Below are positions 7,101-17,441 of a DNA stretch of 64,000 nt, piece by piece. Under the pieces are notes generated by a model. It saw only the letters and a program-made list of their open reading frames with translations. It had not been told where the DNA came from and ran no database searches. Source of the DNA: a virus. Position 1 is the first letter of the stretch, and each line of letters starts with the position of its first letter. The DNA is taken from IMG/VR virus record IMGVR_UViG_3300019487_000030. One strand, 5' to 3'. A program made the position numbers and the translations under genes.

Positions 7101-9932
7101 ATGAGAGCTGCTGCGGCGGGCCGGGGAAGAGCAACCCTGGTTGCGCACCCGACACGACGCGACTGGTTTGCGATTCCTTCGGCATGGACGCCGGAGGTGT
7201 CGCCCGCGCCGTGCGTGCAGCTCGACGGTCGCTGGGGCGTGCTGGTGCACCGCTCGCACCTGCCGATTCTTGCGCAGCATCATCCCGAGGTCGAAAATTT
7301 TTTGTCCTCGTACGGATCGCTGCAGCGACTAGATTCTGATCGCAGCAGCGATCGAGCTGCTTTCGACGCCGCGACCGACGCCAACGGCTGGAAACTGCGC
7401 AGTTATCAGCACGATGGCCGCGACTTCATCCGCAACCGCCGCGGGACGCTCCTCGCCGATCAGATGCGGTTGGGGAAGGCCCAACCTCTCGACGCGAAGG
7501 TCTTGACGCCGACTGGATTTCGCCTGATGGGCGATCTGCACGTCGGTGACGAGATTGTAGATCCCGACGGCGGTGTCGCCTATGTCGAGGCGATCTACCC
7601 GCAGGGTATGAAACCGATCTACCGCGTGAAGTTCGCTGACGGTGCGGCCACCGAATGCTGTGACGAGCATTTGTGGGCGGTGCAGACAGCCGACGGCAAG
7701 CACGGCAATCGGCCGTTGCAGGTGCGCTCGCTGCAGAGCATGCGCGACATCTTGTGGATGCCGACGGCGAGTCGCGGTCGGGGACGCGGCAACCGGCGGT
7801 TCTTCGTACCGTTGACGCAGCCAGTGACATTCGCGGTGCGCGATCCACTGCCATTGGATCCATATCTGCTTGGAGCGTTGCTCGGTGACGGTGGTTTGAC
7901 GAATCACAGCCCGATGTTCAGTTGCGCCGACGAGGAAATTCTCGATCGCGTACGCCAAGCGCTGCCTGCGGGCGTTCGCGTCATGCCTCAAGCAGGCGTG
8001 GACTATCGCTTGAGCGTCGCGGACGGTAACTGCGTCAACCCGAATCCACTCACGGTGCAACTTCGTGAGCTGGAGTTGTGGAGCTGCGACAGCTTCACCA
8101 AGTTCATCCCGTTGATGTACTTGCGCGCTTCCGTCGAGGATCGGCTCGCGTTGCTTCAGGGTCTTATGGACACTGACGGTGACGTGACCGAGGACCGCGT
8201 CACGTGCTTCAACACGACATCGAAGCAGCTACGCGACGGCGTCCTCGATCTGGTGCAATCGCTCGGCGGTTTCGCGTCGGTCGGACTCAAGCGCCCGACC
8301 TACACGTACCGAGGCCAAAAGCAGATCGGCGCGATCTCGTATCGCCTGCACATTCGCATGCCCGTGAACCCGTTCTACTTGCCACGCAAAGTCGAACGCT
8401 GGTACGTGGGACCGCTTGCACGCGGCTTCGACAGCATCGAACTGATCGGTGAGAAGCCTTGTCAGTGCATCAAGGTCAGCTCGAAGCGGTCGCTGTACAT
8501 CACGGACGACTACATTGTCACGCACAACACCGCTCAGCTTGTCGCCTCTCACGAACTTGACGACGGACCGTTGATCGTCGTCGCGCCGCTCGCGACCCGC
8601 GAGGTCTGGCTCGGATGGTTCCGCCGACGCTGGCCGGACATTCGTCCGACGGTGTTGCAGGGCAAACGCGTCGCGTACCTCGATCCGAAGAAGGCACCGA
8701 AACGCAAGAAAGATCGCGGCTACGACCTGCTCGAAGGCGAGTTCTTCGACGAGGAGCTTCTCAAGAACGCGCAGCTCGTGTTCATGAACTACGACATCCT
8801 TGCCGGCTGGAAGAACTTCGGCAACCGGCGCATCGGCACGTTGATCTTTGACGAGATCCACCTGCTCTCCAACAAGGCCAGCCATCGCAGCAAGGCTGCG
8901 CTGTTCATGTCAACAGTCGCCGGCCGCGTGATCGGCGCGACGGGCACGCCCGTATGGAACAAGCCCGCAGGTCTCTACACGACGCTCGCGAGCATCACGC
9001 CCGGTGCATGGGGCAAGTACTTCGAGTACGCGACTCGCTACGCAGCGGGCCGCATGGGCGCACACGGCTTCGTCGCCGACGGCGCCTCGCACGAGGAAGA
9101 GTTTCGCCTCCGCATGCAGGAGGTGATGATCCGTCGTACATGGCAGAGCGTCATCGGTCAGGTTCCGCCGATCACGCGCACTGTCGAGGTCGTCGAGATC
9201 ACCGAGCGCCAAGCGTTTCAGGTCGAGAAAGAAGCCGAGCGGATGCGCGATCACGCGCGCAAGTCGACGACGATCGGCGCGACCGCGCGATTCCGCCGCC
9301 TGCTTGCGCAGCTCAAGCTCGAAGGCTCCATCGACGCTGCCAAACGCGTACTCGATGGCGGCGAGCGCGTGATCGTCTGGACGTGGCACCGCGACATCGC
9401 GCTCCGCATCGAAGAAGCACTCGCGAAGCAGGACTACCCTGGCTTCGTTGTCTCGGGTGCTACGCATCAGGACATCCGCGAGACCATCTACAACCGGTGG
9501 CGTGCCCACCCGTGTTCGCCGCTGTGCATCACACTCTCCGTCGGTCAGGTCGGCATCGACCTCAGTGCCGCACGCCAGGAAGTGTTCGCCGAACTGGACT
9601 ACACGCCTGCGATCGTCGCGCAGGCCGAGATGCGGCCGTTCAACGGACAACAGCCCGTCGCGGCGACGTACGTGATCATCGATCACGACATCGAGCGGAA
9701 GATCCTCGAAGCGCTCCAGACCAAGTGCGAGCTAGCGTTCCGGCTCGGCGTTCCTGCAGCCGAGAGCGCGATCGACGTGATCGCCAGCGGCTTCACTGGC
9801 ATTGGCGGCGGTGAACTCACGCCCGACGATCTCGACGCACTTGCTTCAGCCGTTCTCGCGGATCATCCCGAGGACGAAGACGACCACGACTACCACGGCA
9901 CGCTGTGGAACTTCGACTGGGAGAAGGAATGA
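7101..9932 (+). CDS. SNF2-like helicase with intein
   Basis: LADQMRLGK/T, IFDEIH, GATGTPVWN, QAEMR; start codon uncertain. Confidence 0.85.
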   Translation: MRAAAAGRGRATLVAHPTRRDWFAIPSAWTPEVSPAPCVQLDGRWGVLVHRSHLPILAQHHPEVENFLSSYGSLQRLDSDRSSDRAAFDAATDANGWKLRSYQHDGRDFIRNRRGTLLADQMRLGKAQPLDAKVLTPTGFRLMGDLHVGDEIVDPDGGVAYVEAIYPQGMKPIYRVKFADGAATECCDEHLWAVQTADGKHGNRPLQVRSLQSMRDILWMPTASRGRGRGNRRFFVPLTQPVTFAVRDPLPLDPYLLGALLGDGGLTNHSPMFSCADEEILDRVRQALPAGVRVMPQAGVDYRLSVADGNCVNPNPLTVQLRELELWSCDSFTKFIPLMYLRASVEDRLALLQGLMDTDGDVTEDRVTCFNTTSKQLRDGVLDLVQSLGGFASVGLKRPTYTYRGQKQIGAISYRLHIRMPVNPFYLPRKVERWYVGPLARGFDSIELIGEKPCQCIKVSSKRSLYITDDYIVTHNTAQLVASHELDDGPLIVVAPLATREVWLGWFRRRWPDIRPTVLQGKRVAYLDPKKAPKRKKDRGYDLLEGEFFDEELLKNAQLVFMNYDILAGWKNFGNRRIGTLIFDEIHLLSNKASHRSKAALFMSTVAGRVIGATGTPVWNKPAGLYTTLASITPGAWGKYFEYATRYAAGRMGAHGFVADGASHEEEFRLRMQEVMIRRTWQSVIGQVPPITRTVEVVEITERQAFQVEKEAERMRDHARKSTTIGATARFRRLLAQLKLEGSIDAAKRVLDGGERVIVWTWHRDIALRIEEALAKQDYPGFVVSGATHQDIRETIYNRWRAHPCSPLCITLSVGQVGIDLSAARQEVFAELDYTPAIVAQAEMRPFNGQQPVAATYVIIDHDIERKILEALQTKCELAFRLGVPAAESAIDVIASGFTGIGGGELTPDDLDALASAVLADHPEDEDDHDYHGTLWNFDWEKE
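7479..8528 (+). mobile_element. intein (350 aa) with LAGLIDADG domain, class 3-like
   Basis: GK|AQPLDAKVLTP ... CCDEHLW ... LLGALLGDG, LQGLMDTDG ... CQCIKV ... IVTHN|T; Ala1 plus Trp-Cys-Thr triplet. Confidence 0.92.
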
Positions 9933-11044
9933 CGAAAGCAGCAGAGCTGGAAGACTTCGAGGTCGAGGGCAGCACGCGCGAGCCCAACATGATCGTCCCG
10001 CCACCGATCGCGCAGCCGGACTACTTCTCGATGAACGGCGACCCGAATCGCATGTACTTCGAGGACGCGATGAACGAGATCTTCAAGCACCACAACATCG
10101 AGAAGATGGGCGGCGCGTCCGGTCGTGGCTGGTCGAGCCACGCGACGTTCCAGCGGTGCCCGTACCTGTTCAAGCTGTCGTACCTCGAAGGTCACCGTGG
10201 GCCGCCCGCCGCCGCACTCGAAACGGGCTCGGCGTTCCACACGTTCCTCGCGCTTCACTACACGTGGATGCTCAACGGTGATCTGACGCTGACACCGTAC
10301 GTCGCGAAGGACTCGCTGCTCGCGATGAACGTCGACGCGAAAGCCGTGATCGAGGCGTTTCGCCTCTACGAGGCGTACGCGGATCGCTACGAAGGTGACT
10401 ATCTGCATCCAATCGAGATGGAAGCGTGGGCGCAGGATCCCGACGGCAACACATGCCGCTACGACTTGATCGCCGAGGTAAAAGAAGCGCAGCCCGGCGT
10501 GATGCCCGGTGTGTACATCGTCGAGCACAAGACGGCCGCACGCTTCACTGCAGACGCGCTCGAAGGCTGGCGCAACGACGGTGAAATCCTCGGCCAGATC
10601 ATGGTGTGGAAGCGCGCCAAGCTCGACAAGAAGTACGGCAAGCTCCGCGGCACCATCGTCAACATCGTCGGCAAGCAGAAGGTCATCCAGTTCCATCGCA
10701 CGATCGTGCCCGCTCAGAAGTGGCACGTGACGCAGCACATGGAAGACCTCAAGATGTGGTCTGCGCTACAGCAGATGTACGCGGCCACGGGAGTTTGGCC
10801 GAAGGCTCGCGCGAACTGCGTGACCAAGTTCGGCATGTGCAGTTTTTTCGATCACTGCGCCGAGAATCAGAAACTCGTGCCGATTCGCAAGCGTGAGTGG
10901 GCTCCGCAGGCGCGCCCCGCGATCGCTGATCCGACTACGTCGCAAGAGGGACTTGCGATTACCAACCCGATCGGGCAAACGTCGTCAGCTCCGGCTGGTG
11001 GCGTGAGTGACAACGCAGCAGAGAGCGAAGGGAGCAACGCATGA
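9929..11044 (+). CDS. PD-(D/E)XK exonuclease, Cas4/RecB-like with probable Fe-S cysteines
   Basis: QRCPY, RYDLI, IVEHKT, C-terminal C..C..C; ATGA overlap with upstream gene. Confidence 0.82.
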   Translation: MTKAAELEDFEVEGSTREPNMIVPPPIAQPDYFSMNGDPNRMYFEDAMNEIFKHHNIEKMGGASGRGWSSHATFQRCPYLFKLSYLEGHRGPPAAALETGSAFHTFLALHYTWMLNGDLTLTPYVAKDSLLAMNVDAKAVIEAFRLYEAYADRYEGDYLHPIEMEAWAQDPDGNTCRYDLIAEVKEAQPGVMPGVYIVEHKTAARFTADALEGWRNDGEILGQIMVWKRAKLDKKYGKLRGTIVNIVGKQKVIQFHRTIVPAQKWHVTQHMEDLKMWSALQQMYAATGVWPKARANCVTKFGMCSFFDHCAENQKLVPIRKREWAPQARPAIADPTTSQEGLAITNPIGQTSSAPAGGVSDNAAESEGSNA

Positions 11045-11937
11045 AGGTCATCGACGTCAGCCGGCCCGGCAAGATCCAGCGCATCACGGTGCTGTCGTAC
11101 GGGCAATCTCGCGCGGGCAAGACCCGCTTCGCCGGTTCATGGCCTCGTCCGCTGTTTCTCAGCGACGCGACCGAGTCCGGCTGGACCACCCTCTCGAACA
11201 TGGACCACAACGCGCGCTTCGAGCCCGAACGCGCGCCGGTCGTGTGGGCGATCGAGAAGGCCGCCGACATGATGCAGGCGGTGCACGACGCCGAGCCGAT
11301 GGTGAAGCGCGGCGAGATCCACACGATCGTGATCGACTCGCTCACGTTCTACGCCGACCTGTTCTTCAACACGCTCGACGCTGCCGGTGGTAACCGCGCC
11401 GACGGTCGTCAGCTCTACCAGAAGCTCGGCCAGCACCTGAAGAACCTGCGCGAGCAGGTTCACCTGCTGGGCTCGAACGTCGTCTGGCTCGCGCTGGAGA
11501 AGCCTCCCGGCGAGGACACGCCGATTGGCGGTCCGATGCTGTCGGGCCAGAACGCGGCGAAGTTCGCTGCCGGCTGCGACTACGTGTTCTATCACCGCAG
11601 CTTCCAATCGCAGCCGAACCAGCCGCTGCAGTTCGAGATCCGTACGCGCAAGTATCAGCACTACCAAGCCGGTGGTCGCGACGAAGGTCGCCTGCCGGAT
11701 CCGCTCGGGTACATGCAAGCCGTCGAAGGTGGCAACGACATCTTCGTTCCCGACTGCACGTACCGCACGCTCGCCGAGGCGTTGGGCATCTTGCCCATCG
11801 TCGACGGTGCGTCGATCGCTCCCGCGACTGCTCCGGTAGTCGCTGCAGCGACTGCGCCCGCGAGCAATGGCAAGGGCGCCTCTGGGCGTCCGAGCCCGCC
11901 CACCTCGTCTCAACCTGGTCGGAGCACGACCAGGTAG
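11041..11937 (+). CDS. AAA_24 ATPase (Sak4-like annealing recombinase)
   Basis: YGQSRAGKT and IVIDSLT; adjacent to exonuclease and SSB. Confidence 0.8.
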   Translation: MKVIDVSRPGKIQRITVLSYGQSRAGKTRFAGSWPRPLFLSDATESGWTTLSNMDHNARFEPERAPVVWAIEKAADMMQAVHDAEPMVKRGEIHTIVIDSLTFYADLFFNTLDAAGGNRADGRQLYQKLGQHLKNLREQVHLLGSNVVWLALEKPPGEDTPIGGPMLSGQNAAKFAAGCDYVFYHRSFQSQPNQPLQFEIRTRKYQHYQAGGRDEGRLPDPLGYMQAVEGGNDIFVPDCTYRTLAEALGILPIVDGASIAPATAPVVAAATAPASNGKGASGRPSPPTSSQPGRSTTR

Positions 11938-11982
11938 ATGTTCACGTTCGAGTCACTGCAACCCTAGAAAGAGAGCATTCCG

Positions 11983-12546
11983 ATGGCCGAGTTTGTCGAT
12001 TACATCAGCAACATGGGTCTCAACGACCCGAACCTCACCCCGCACGACGGCCGCAACCAGCGCGTCGAGCCCGGCACCTACGACTGGGAGATCACCAAGG
12101 CGGTGTTCGATCAGTCGAAGAAGGGCAACCGCACGCTGCGCGTGACCGCGATCGTGACCACCGAGGAGAGCCCGATGAAGGGCCGCTCGCTGGTGGGCAC
12201 GTACGTCATCAGCGAGGACGACTTCGCGCGTCGTCGCATGAAGGCGCTCGTCGAGGCGACCGGCGTCCAGGTCGACGCGAACGGTGGCCTCTCGAAGGAC
12301 GCGTTCGTGGGCACGCACTTCACGGCCGATGTCGTCGTCGACACGTTCGACGACATCGACTCGAAGACGGGCCAGCCGGTCACCAAGGACTTCACGAAGT
12401 GGATCGGCGAGCGCCCGTACGAGGGTACGGCGCCCGCTGCCGCTGCGTCGAAGCCCACGGCGGCTCCGGCGGCGTCCGGCTCCGCGCCCCGTCGTCCGGC
12501 CGCTCCAGCGGCCGGCGGCAACGGTGCCGCACGTCCGCGCAGCTAA
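11983..12546 (+). CDS. DUF669-type single-stranded DNA-binding protein
   Basis: VEPGTYDWEITKAVFDQSKKGN; flexible Ala/Pro-rich tail. Confidence 0.75.
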   Translation: MAEFVDYISNMGLNDPNLTPHDGRNQRVEPGTYDWEITKAVFDQSKKGNRTLRVTAIVTTEESPMKGRSLVGTYVISEDDFARRRMKALVEATGVQVDANGGLSKDAFVGTHFTADVVVDTFDDIDSKTGQPVTKDFTKWIGERPYEGTAPAAAASKPTAAPAASGSAPRRPAAPAAGGNGAARPRS

Positions 12547-12562
12547 CCGCTGCGCAACGCAA

Positions 12563-12650
12563 CGTCAGCACGGGGGTGCTGACGGCCGCGATCGTTCGCT
12601 AATGGTTGTCCGCGCGACGGACAACGCGAGCTAGCTGCTCGCATCGCGGC
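12563..12650 (+). ncRNA. candidate structured RNA / leader upstream of nrdJ
   Basis: hairpin 12563-12584 plus stem 12585-92/12643-50 enclosing two perfect hairpins. Confidence 0.45.
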
Positions 12651-12683
12651 CCACAAGTTCGTTGACAGTCCAACCCAGACGGA

Positions 12684-15122
12684 GTGAGCGCACACATGAT
12701 CGAGCCCGTTCTGACCGCCATCTCTCAGAAGATCCTCGCGACGCGGTACCTGATCCGCAACGAGAAGCAGGAGGTCATCGAGACCCCCAAAGCGTTGTTC
12801 CAGCGGGTCGCGAAGTTCCTCGCGTCCGCGGAGACGACGCCCCACGACAAGGACAAGTGGGAGGCGATCTTCTACCGGTTGATGGCGTCGTGCGAGTTCG
12901 AGCCGAACACGCCGTGCCTCGTCAACGCCGGTCGCCCCGACGGTACCGGCCAGCTCAGCGCGTGCTTCGTGATCCCAGTGCCCGACTCGATGGATGGCAT
13001 CTTCAGCGCGATGCGCCACATGGCGCTCGTCCAGAAGACCGGCGGCGGCACCGGGTTCTCGTTCTCGCGGCTGCGGCCCGAGGGCGACTTCGTCGCGTCG
13101 ACGTCTGGCATCGCGTCGGGCCCGATCTCCTTCATGGAAGTCTTTGACTTCTCGACGGAGCGCATCAAGCAAGGCGGCGTTCGTCGCGGCGCGAACATGG
13201 GCATCCTGCGCGTCGACCACCCGGACATCATGAAGTTCATCCGGCTCAAGCTGGATCGCGTGAAGATGCAGAACTTCAACGTGTCGGTGGCGATCACCGA
13301 CGCGTTCATGCTCGCGCTCGAAGCGGGCAAGGACTACGACCTCATCCACCCGGTGACCAGGGCCATCGTCGGTCAACTGCACGCGCCAACGGTCTGGAAG
13401 GAGATCGTCGAGTGCGCGCACACGATCGGTGATCCGGGGCTGTGGTTCATCGATCGCACCAACGCCGCCGATCCGCTCTCGCACTCGCTTGGTCCGATCG
13501 AAGCGCCCAACCCGTGCGGCGAGGTTCCGCTGCGTCCGTTCGACGCGTGCTGCCTCGGCTCGGTGAACCTCGCGAAGTTCTACGTCGAGAAGGACACACC
13601 GAACACGAAGGTCGGCAACGTCGTGCTGCGCCACGGCTCGATCGACTTCGATCGTCTGCAGCGCACGGTGCAGCACAGCGTGCGGTTCCTCGACAACATG
13701 CTCACCGTCAACCAGTACCCAATCCCCGAGATCGCCGACGTCACGTCGAAGACGCGCAAGATCGGTCTCGGCATCATGGGCTGGGCCGACCTGCTGATCA
13801 TGCTCGGCATGCCGTACGGGTCGATCGAGGCGCGCGAGCTGGGGGCGCACGTGATGAAGCTCGTCAACACGTGGGCAGTCGACGCCAGCGAGAAGCTCGC
13901 CGAGGAGCGCGCCCCGTTCCACCACTGGCCGATCTCGAAGTGGGCCGAGCGCGGCGACAAGCCGCGCCGCCACGCAACGGTCACGGTCATCGCGCCGACG
14001 GGAACTATCAGCATGATCGCCGGCTGCAGCTCGGGTTGCGAGCCCGCCTTCGCGCACTCGATGACGCGCGAGCAAGCCGGCCTGACGATGCTCGAAGTGA
14101 ACCCACTCGTCGAGAAGATCGCCAAGCGCGAGGGCTTCTGGAGCGACGAGCTGGCCGAGACCGTCCGCAAGACCGGTTCGCTGAAAGACGCGCCCGGCGT
14201 GCCCGATCACTGGCGTGCGGTGTTCGCGATCGCCAACGAGCTGGACACCGAAGCGCACATCGGGATGCAGGCGGCCTTCCAGGCGCACACCGAGGACGCC
14301 GTCAGCAAGACGATCAACCTGCACCGCGACGCGACACCCGATGACGTCGAGCGCGCGTACATGCTCGCGTGGTCGAAGGGCTGCAAGGGCATCACCGTCT
14401 ACCGTGATGGTTGCCGCGAAGGTCAGGTACTGACCGCGGGCGCTGCACCCATCGAGCCGAAGTCGATGTCACTCGACGACGCGAACAAGATCCTGCAGGA
14501 AGCCGTCGCAGCCGTCGAGCGCAGCATCGGTACCGCGATCGTCCCGGCGGTCAAGCGCCGCGTGCCCAACGACGGTCGCCGCGAGGGCGTCACGCTCTCG
14601 AAGTCGACGCCGTACGGCACGGTCCACATGACCGTCAACAATCACCCTGACGACAACGAGCCGTTCGAGCTGTTCGTGCGCGTCGGCAAGAGCGGCTCCG
14701 AGGTCATGGCATGGGCCGAAGCGTTCGGTCGCGTCGTGAGCTACACGCTCGCACTGCCGTCGCCGTTCACGCCCAAGATGCGCCTCGAAGAGGTCGCGCG
14801 CCAGCTCGCGAGCATCGGCGGCGGCGACGTGTGGAACATCGGCATGGAGCGCGTCGTGTCGGCACCCGACGCGATCTCGAAGCTCCTGCTGAGTCACCTC
14901 GGCGTCGACGAGGGTCCGCACTACCAGCCGGCGACCGTAACCGTCGCGGCGGGCACGTCGACGCCGTTCCCGGTCGGTGCGCCGAGTGCGATGGCGTTCA
15001 GTACGCATGCGCGGGCCAAGAGCCGCTCACTCAGCGATCTGTGCCCGTCGTGCGGCAAGGCGACGTTCATCTACCAACAGCGCTGCGGCCTCTGCACGAG
15101 CTGCGGCCACTCGAAGTGCTAG
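12684..15122 (+). CDS. nrdJ: class II (B12-dependent) ribonucleotide reductase
   Basis: PNTPCLVNAG, QLSACFV, NPCGE, CCLGSVNL, IAPTGTIS, KGITVYRDG; C-terminal Zn ribbon; start may be 12696. Confidence 0.95.
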   Translation: MSAHMIEPVLTAISQKILATRYLIRNEKQEVIETPKALFQRVAKFLASAETTPHDKDKWEAIFYRLMASCEFEPNTPCLVNAGRPDGTGQLSACFVIPVPDSMDGIFSAMRHMALVQKTGGGTGFSFSRLRPEGDFVASTSGIASGPISFMEVFDFSTERIKQGGVRRGANMGILRVDHPDIMKFIRLKLDRVKMQNFNVSVAITDAFMLALEAGKDYDLIHPVTRAIVGQLHAPTVWKEIVECAHTIGDPGLWFIDRTNAADPLSHSLGPIEAPNPCGEVPLRPFDACCLGSVNLAKFYVEKDTPNTKVGNVVLRHGSIDFDRLQRTVQHSVRFLDNMLTVNQYPIPEIADVTSKTRKIGLGIMGWADLLIMLGMPYGSIEARELGAHVMKLVNTWAVDASEKLAEERAPFHHWPISKWAERGDKPRRHATVTVIAPTGTISMIAGCSSGCEPAFAHSMTREQAGLTMLEVNPLVEKIAKREGFWSDELAETVRKTGSLKDAPGVPDHWRAVFAIANELDTEAHIGMQAAFQAHTEDAVSKTINLHRDATPDDVERAYMLAWSKGCKGITVYRDGCREGQVLTAGAAPIEPKSMSLDDANKILQEAVAAVERSIGTAIVPAVKRRVPNDGRREGVTLSKSTPYGTVHMTVNNHPDDNEPFELFVRVGKSGSEVMAWAEAFGRVVSYTLALPSPFTPKMRLEEVARQLASIGGGDVWNIGMERVVSAPDAISKLLLSHLGVDEGPHYQPATVTVAAGTSTPFPVGAPSAMAFSTHARAKSRSLSDLCPSCGKATFIYQQRCGLCTSCGHSKC

Positions 15123-15130
15123 GAGCCACC

Positions 15131-15649
15131 ATGCAGAACGGCAACGGCAACGGCAAGCGTCACGTCATCGAGCGGTCTCCCTTCAACCGCAGCGGCGAGG
15201 TCATCGTCAAGGCGAACGAGAAGGGCCACGTCATCCCCGACAGCGGAACCACCCACAACATGGATCGGGACTTCGAGGTCCCGCACCTGACGTTCAAGCT
15301 GACGGCGCTCGCCGACGGCGCCGTCTGTGATCCGCAGCCGGACGTCCTCGACCGCTTCATCAAGATCGACATCCTCGACGCGAGCCGCAACGAGCCGGTC
15401 GGCGCCGTCGTACTCACGGCTGTCGGCGACGGTGTCTACCGCTGGATCCCGCGCGTACCGATCACGCTGCGCCGTGGCGACTACTGGCGTATCCAGGTCA
15501 ACAGCCGCGAGTCGTTCGACATCGCGTTCGACGGCTCGCGCAAGCGTCTCGACGCGATCCGCGTCGAGGTCACGTTCGAGGGTGAGCTGCTGCGGTACGC
15601 GCCGTACACCGAAGCGCATACCGTAGGCGTCGAAGCGCCGCTGGGCTAA
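15131..15649 (+). CDS. hypothetical beta-rich protein
   Basis: AGGAG RBS; ATG at 15131. Confidence 0.75.
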   Translation: MQNGNGNGKRHVIERSPFNRSGEVIVKANEKGHVIPDSGTTHNMDRDFEVPHLTFKLTALADGAVCDPQPDVLDRFIKIDILDASRNEPVGAVVLTAVGDGVYRWIPRVPITLRRGDYWRIQVNSRESFDIAFDGSRKRLDAIRVEVTFEGELLRYAPYTEAHTVGVEAPLG

Positions 15650-15707
15650 GCGGCACTTCGATCCGAACAGCGCACCGACAACTCCAACTCGTCAGTAGGG
15701 AGACGAG

Positions 15708-17441
15708 ATGACCAAAAATCCATCGCTAGCACCAGACTGTCCGATCAACGTCGAACGCCTCGTCGAGAGCAAGCTGCTCGTCCAGGCGAACAGCGGTGGC
15801 GGCAAGAGCCGAACGATTCGGCGCATCGCCGAGCAGACGTACGGCAAGGTGCAGCAGATCATCATCGACCACGACGGTGAGTACCACACGCTCGCTGAGC
15901 AGTTCGACTACGTGATCGCGCGCAAGGGTGGAGAGGCGCCGGCCGACATCAAGAGCGCCGCGCTACTCGCTCGGCGACTCTTGGAGTTGGGCGTCTCGGC
16001 GATCGTCGACATCTACGAGCTGGGTGTGCAGCGCGCCGAGTTCGTGCGGCGCTTCCTTGACGCGATCACCAACTCACCGCGCGACCTGTGGCATCCGTGC
16101 CTCGTGTTCATCGACGAGGCGCACCTCTACTGCCCCGAGAAGGGCAGCGCGATCAGCGCCGAGGCCGTCAAACAGTTCATGTCGCTCGGGCGCAAGCGCG
16201 GATTCGCTGGCATTCTTGCCACGCAGCGAATCGCCAAGCTCAACAAGGACGCCGCCGCCGAGTGCAACAGCAAGCTGATCGGGCGCTCGTCGCTCGACGT
16301 CGACATGAAGCGTGCGTCTGACGAGCTGGGCTTCACGACGAAGGACGACATGCGTGCGCTACGCACGCTCAAGCCAGGTCAGTTCTACGCGTTCGGACCT
16401 GCATTCTCCGACGAAGTCACGTTGATCCAGGTCGGCGACGTCAAGACGACGCACCTGCGCGCCGGCCAACGTGCGATGGCACCGCCCGCGCCGCGCGACA
16501 AGGTGAAGAAGATCCTCGCGCAGTTGAAAGATCTGCCGCAGGAAGCCGAACAGGAAGCCAAGACAGTCGTCGAGCTGCAAGCGCAGGTGAAGCAGTTGCG
16601 TGCGCAGCTCAAGAAGGCCGAGAGCGAGGGACCGACGCCCGTCGAGAAGATCGTCGAGAAGTCGGTGCTGTCCGACAAGCAGATCACACGGCTCGAAGCG
16701 ATCGTCGACAAGGCGATGGGCCTCGGCGACAAGATGCTCAACGACCTCGGCCTGCTCAACACCGAGCTGGGCGTCGTCAAGAACGTCTGGCTCGCGAAGG
16801 GCCTCGTGCTGCCGGTCAAGCAACCGACGCAGCCGCCGCCGGGCTTCAAGATCCGACCCGTCGATACGCTGATCAAGGGCACGGCACAAGCTGTTCGTGA
16901 TCGTGACCGCGCCCAAACGCCGGTTCGTCCCGAACGTAAGCCAGCGCCCGTGACGCGTCCGTCCGACAGTGACAGCGGCGAGCTGCCTGCAGGCGAGCAG
17001 GCGGTCCTACGTGCGCTGATCCAGTTCCCCAAGGGTTTACAGCGCACGCAGCTCACGGTCCTCACCGGCTACGCACGCAGCTCGCGCGACGCGTACATCA
17101 GCCGTCTGAAGGCGAAAGGGCTCGTCGAGACCAACCTCGTCTACGTGTTCGCGACCGAAGCCGGCATCGCTGCGATGCCACACGCCGAGCCGTTGCCGAC
17201 GGGCCAGGCGCTGCAGGACTACTGGTACCGCGAGCTGCCCGACGGCGAGCGCAACGTGCTGCGGATCCTGATCGACTCGTACCCGGATGCCGTCGACAAG
17301 ACGGCGATCGACGAGCAGACCGGCTACGCGCGGTCGTCGCGCGACGCGTACATCAGCCGCATGCGCGCGAAGCAGCTCGTCGTCGATGTTGGTCGCGGCG
17401 CGGTCAAGGCGAGCGAGACGCTGTTCGAGATCGACGCATGA
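15708..17441 (+). CDS. HerA/FtsK-like ATPase (DUF87-like) with two C-terminal winged-HTH repeats
   Basis: QANSGGGKS, FIDEAH, GRKRG, ATQR; duplicated TGYARSSRDAYISR motif. Confidence 0.82.
   Translation: MTKNPSLAPDCPINVERLVESKLLVQANSGGGKSRTIRRIAEQTYGKVQQIIIDHDGEYHTLAEQFDYVIARKGGEAPADIKSAALLARRLLELGVSAIVDIYELGVQRAEFVRRFLDAITNSPRDLWHPCLVFIDEAHLYCPEKGSAISAEAVKQFMSLGRKRGFAGILATQRIAKLNKDAAAECNSKLIGRSSLDVDMKRASDELGFTTKDDMRALRTLKPGQFYAFGPAFSDEVTLIQVGDVKTTHLRAGQRAMAPPAPRDKVKKILAQLKDLPQEAEQEAKTVVELQAQVKQLRAQLKKAESEGPTPVEKIVEKSVLSDKQITRLEAIVDKAMGLGDKMLNDLGLLNTELGVVKNVWLAKGLVLPVKQPTQPPPGFKIRPVDTLIKGTAQAVRDRDRAQTPVRPERKPAPVTRPSDSDSGELPAGEQAVLRALIQFPKGLQRTQLTVLTGYARSSRDAYISRLKAKGLVETNLVYVFATEAGIAAMPHAEPLPTGQALQDYWYRELPDGERNVLRILIDSYPDAVDKTAIDEQTGYARSSRDAYISRMRAKQLVVDVGRGAVKASETLFEIDA

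Noticed and set aside
12563-12683. Canonical cobalamin riboswitch or NrdR box upstream of nrdJ
   Set aside because: The region is too short and lacks the conserved B12-box sequences. It is kept only as an unclassified structure.
12543-14324. Long antisense ORFs (also 18861-20936, 41186-43144, 52015-53430)
   Set aside because: They are shadow frames of well-supported genes in high-GC3 DNA and show no motifs.
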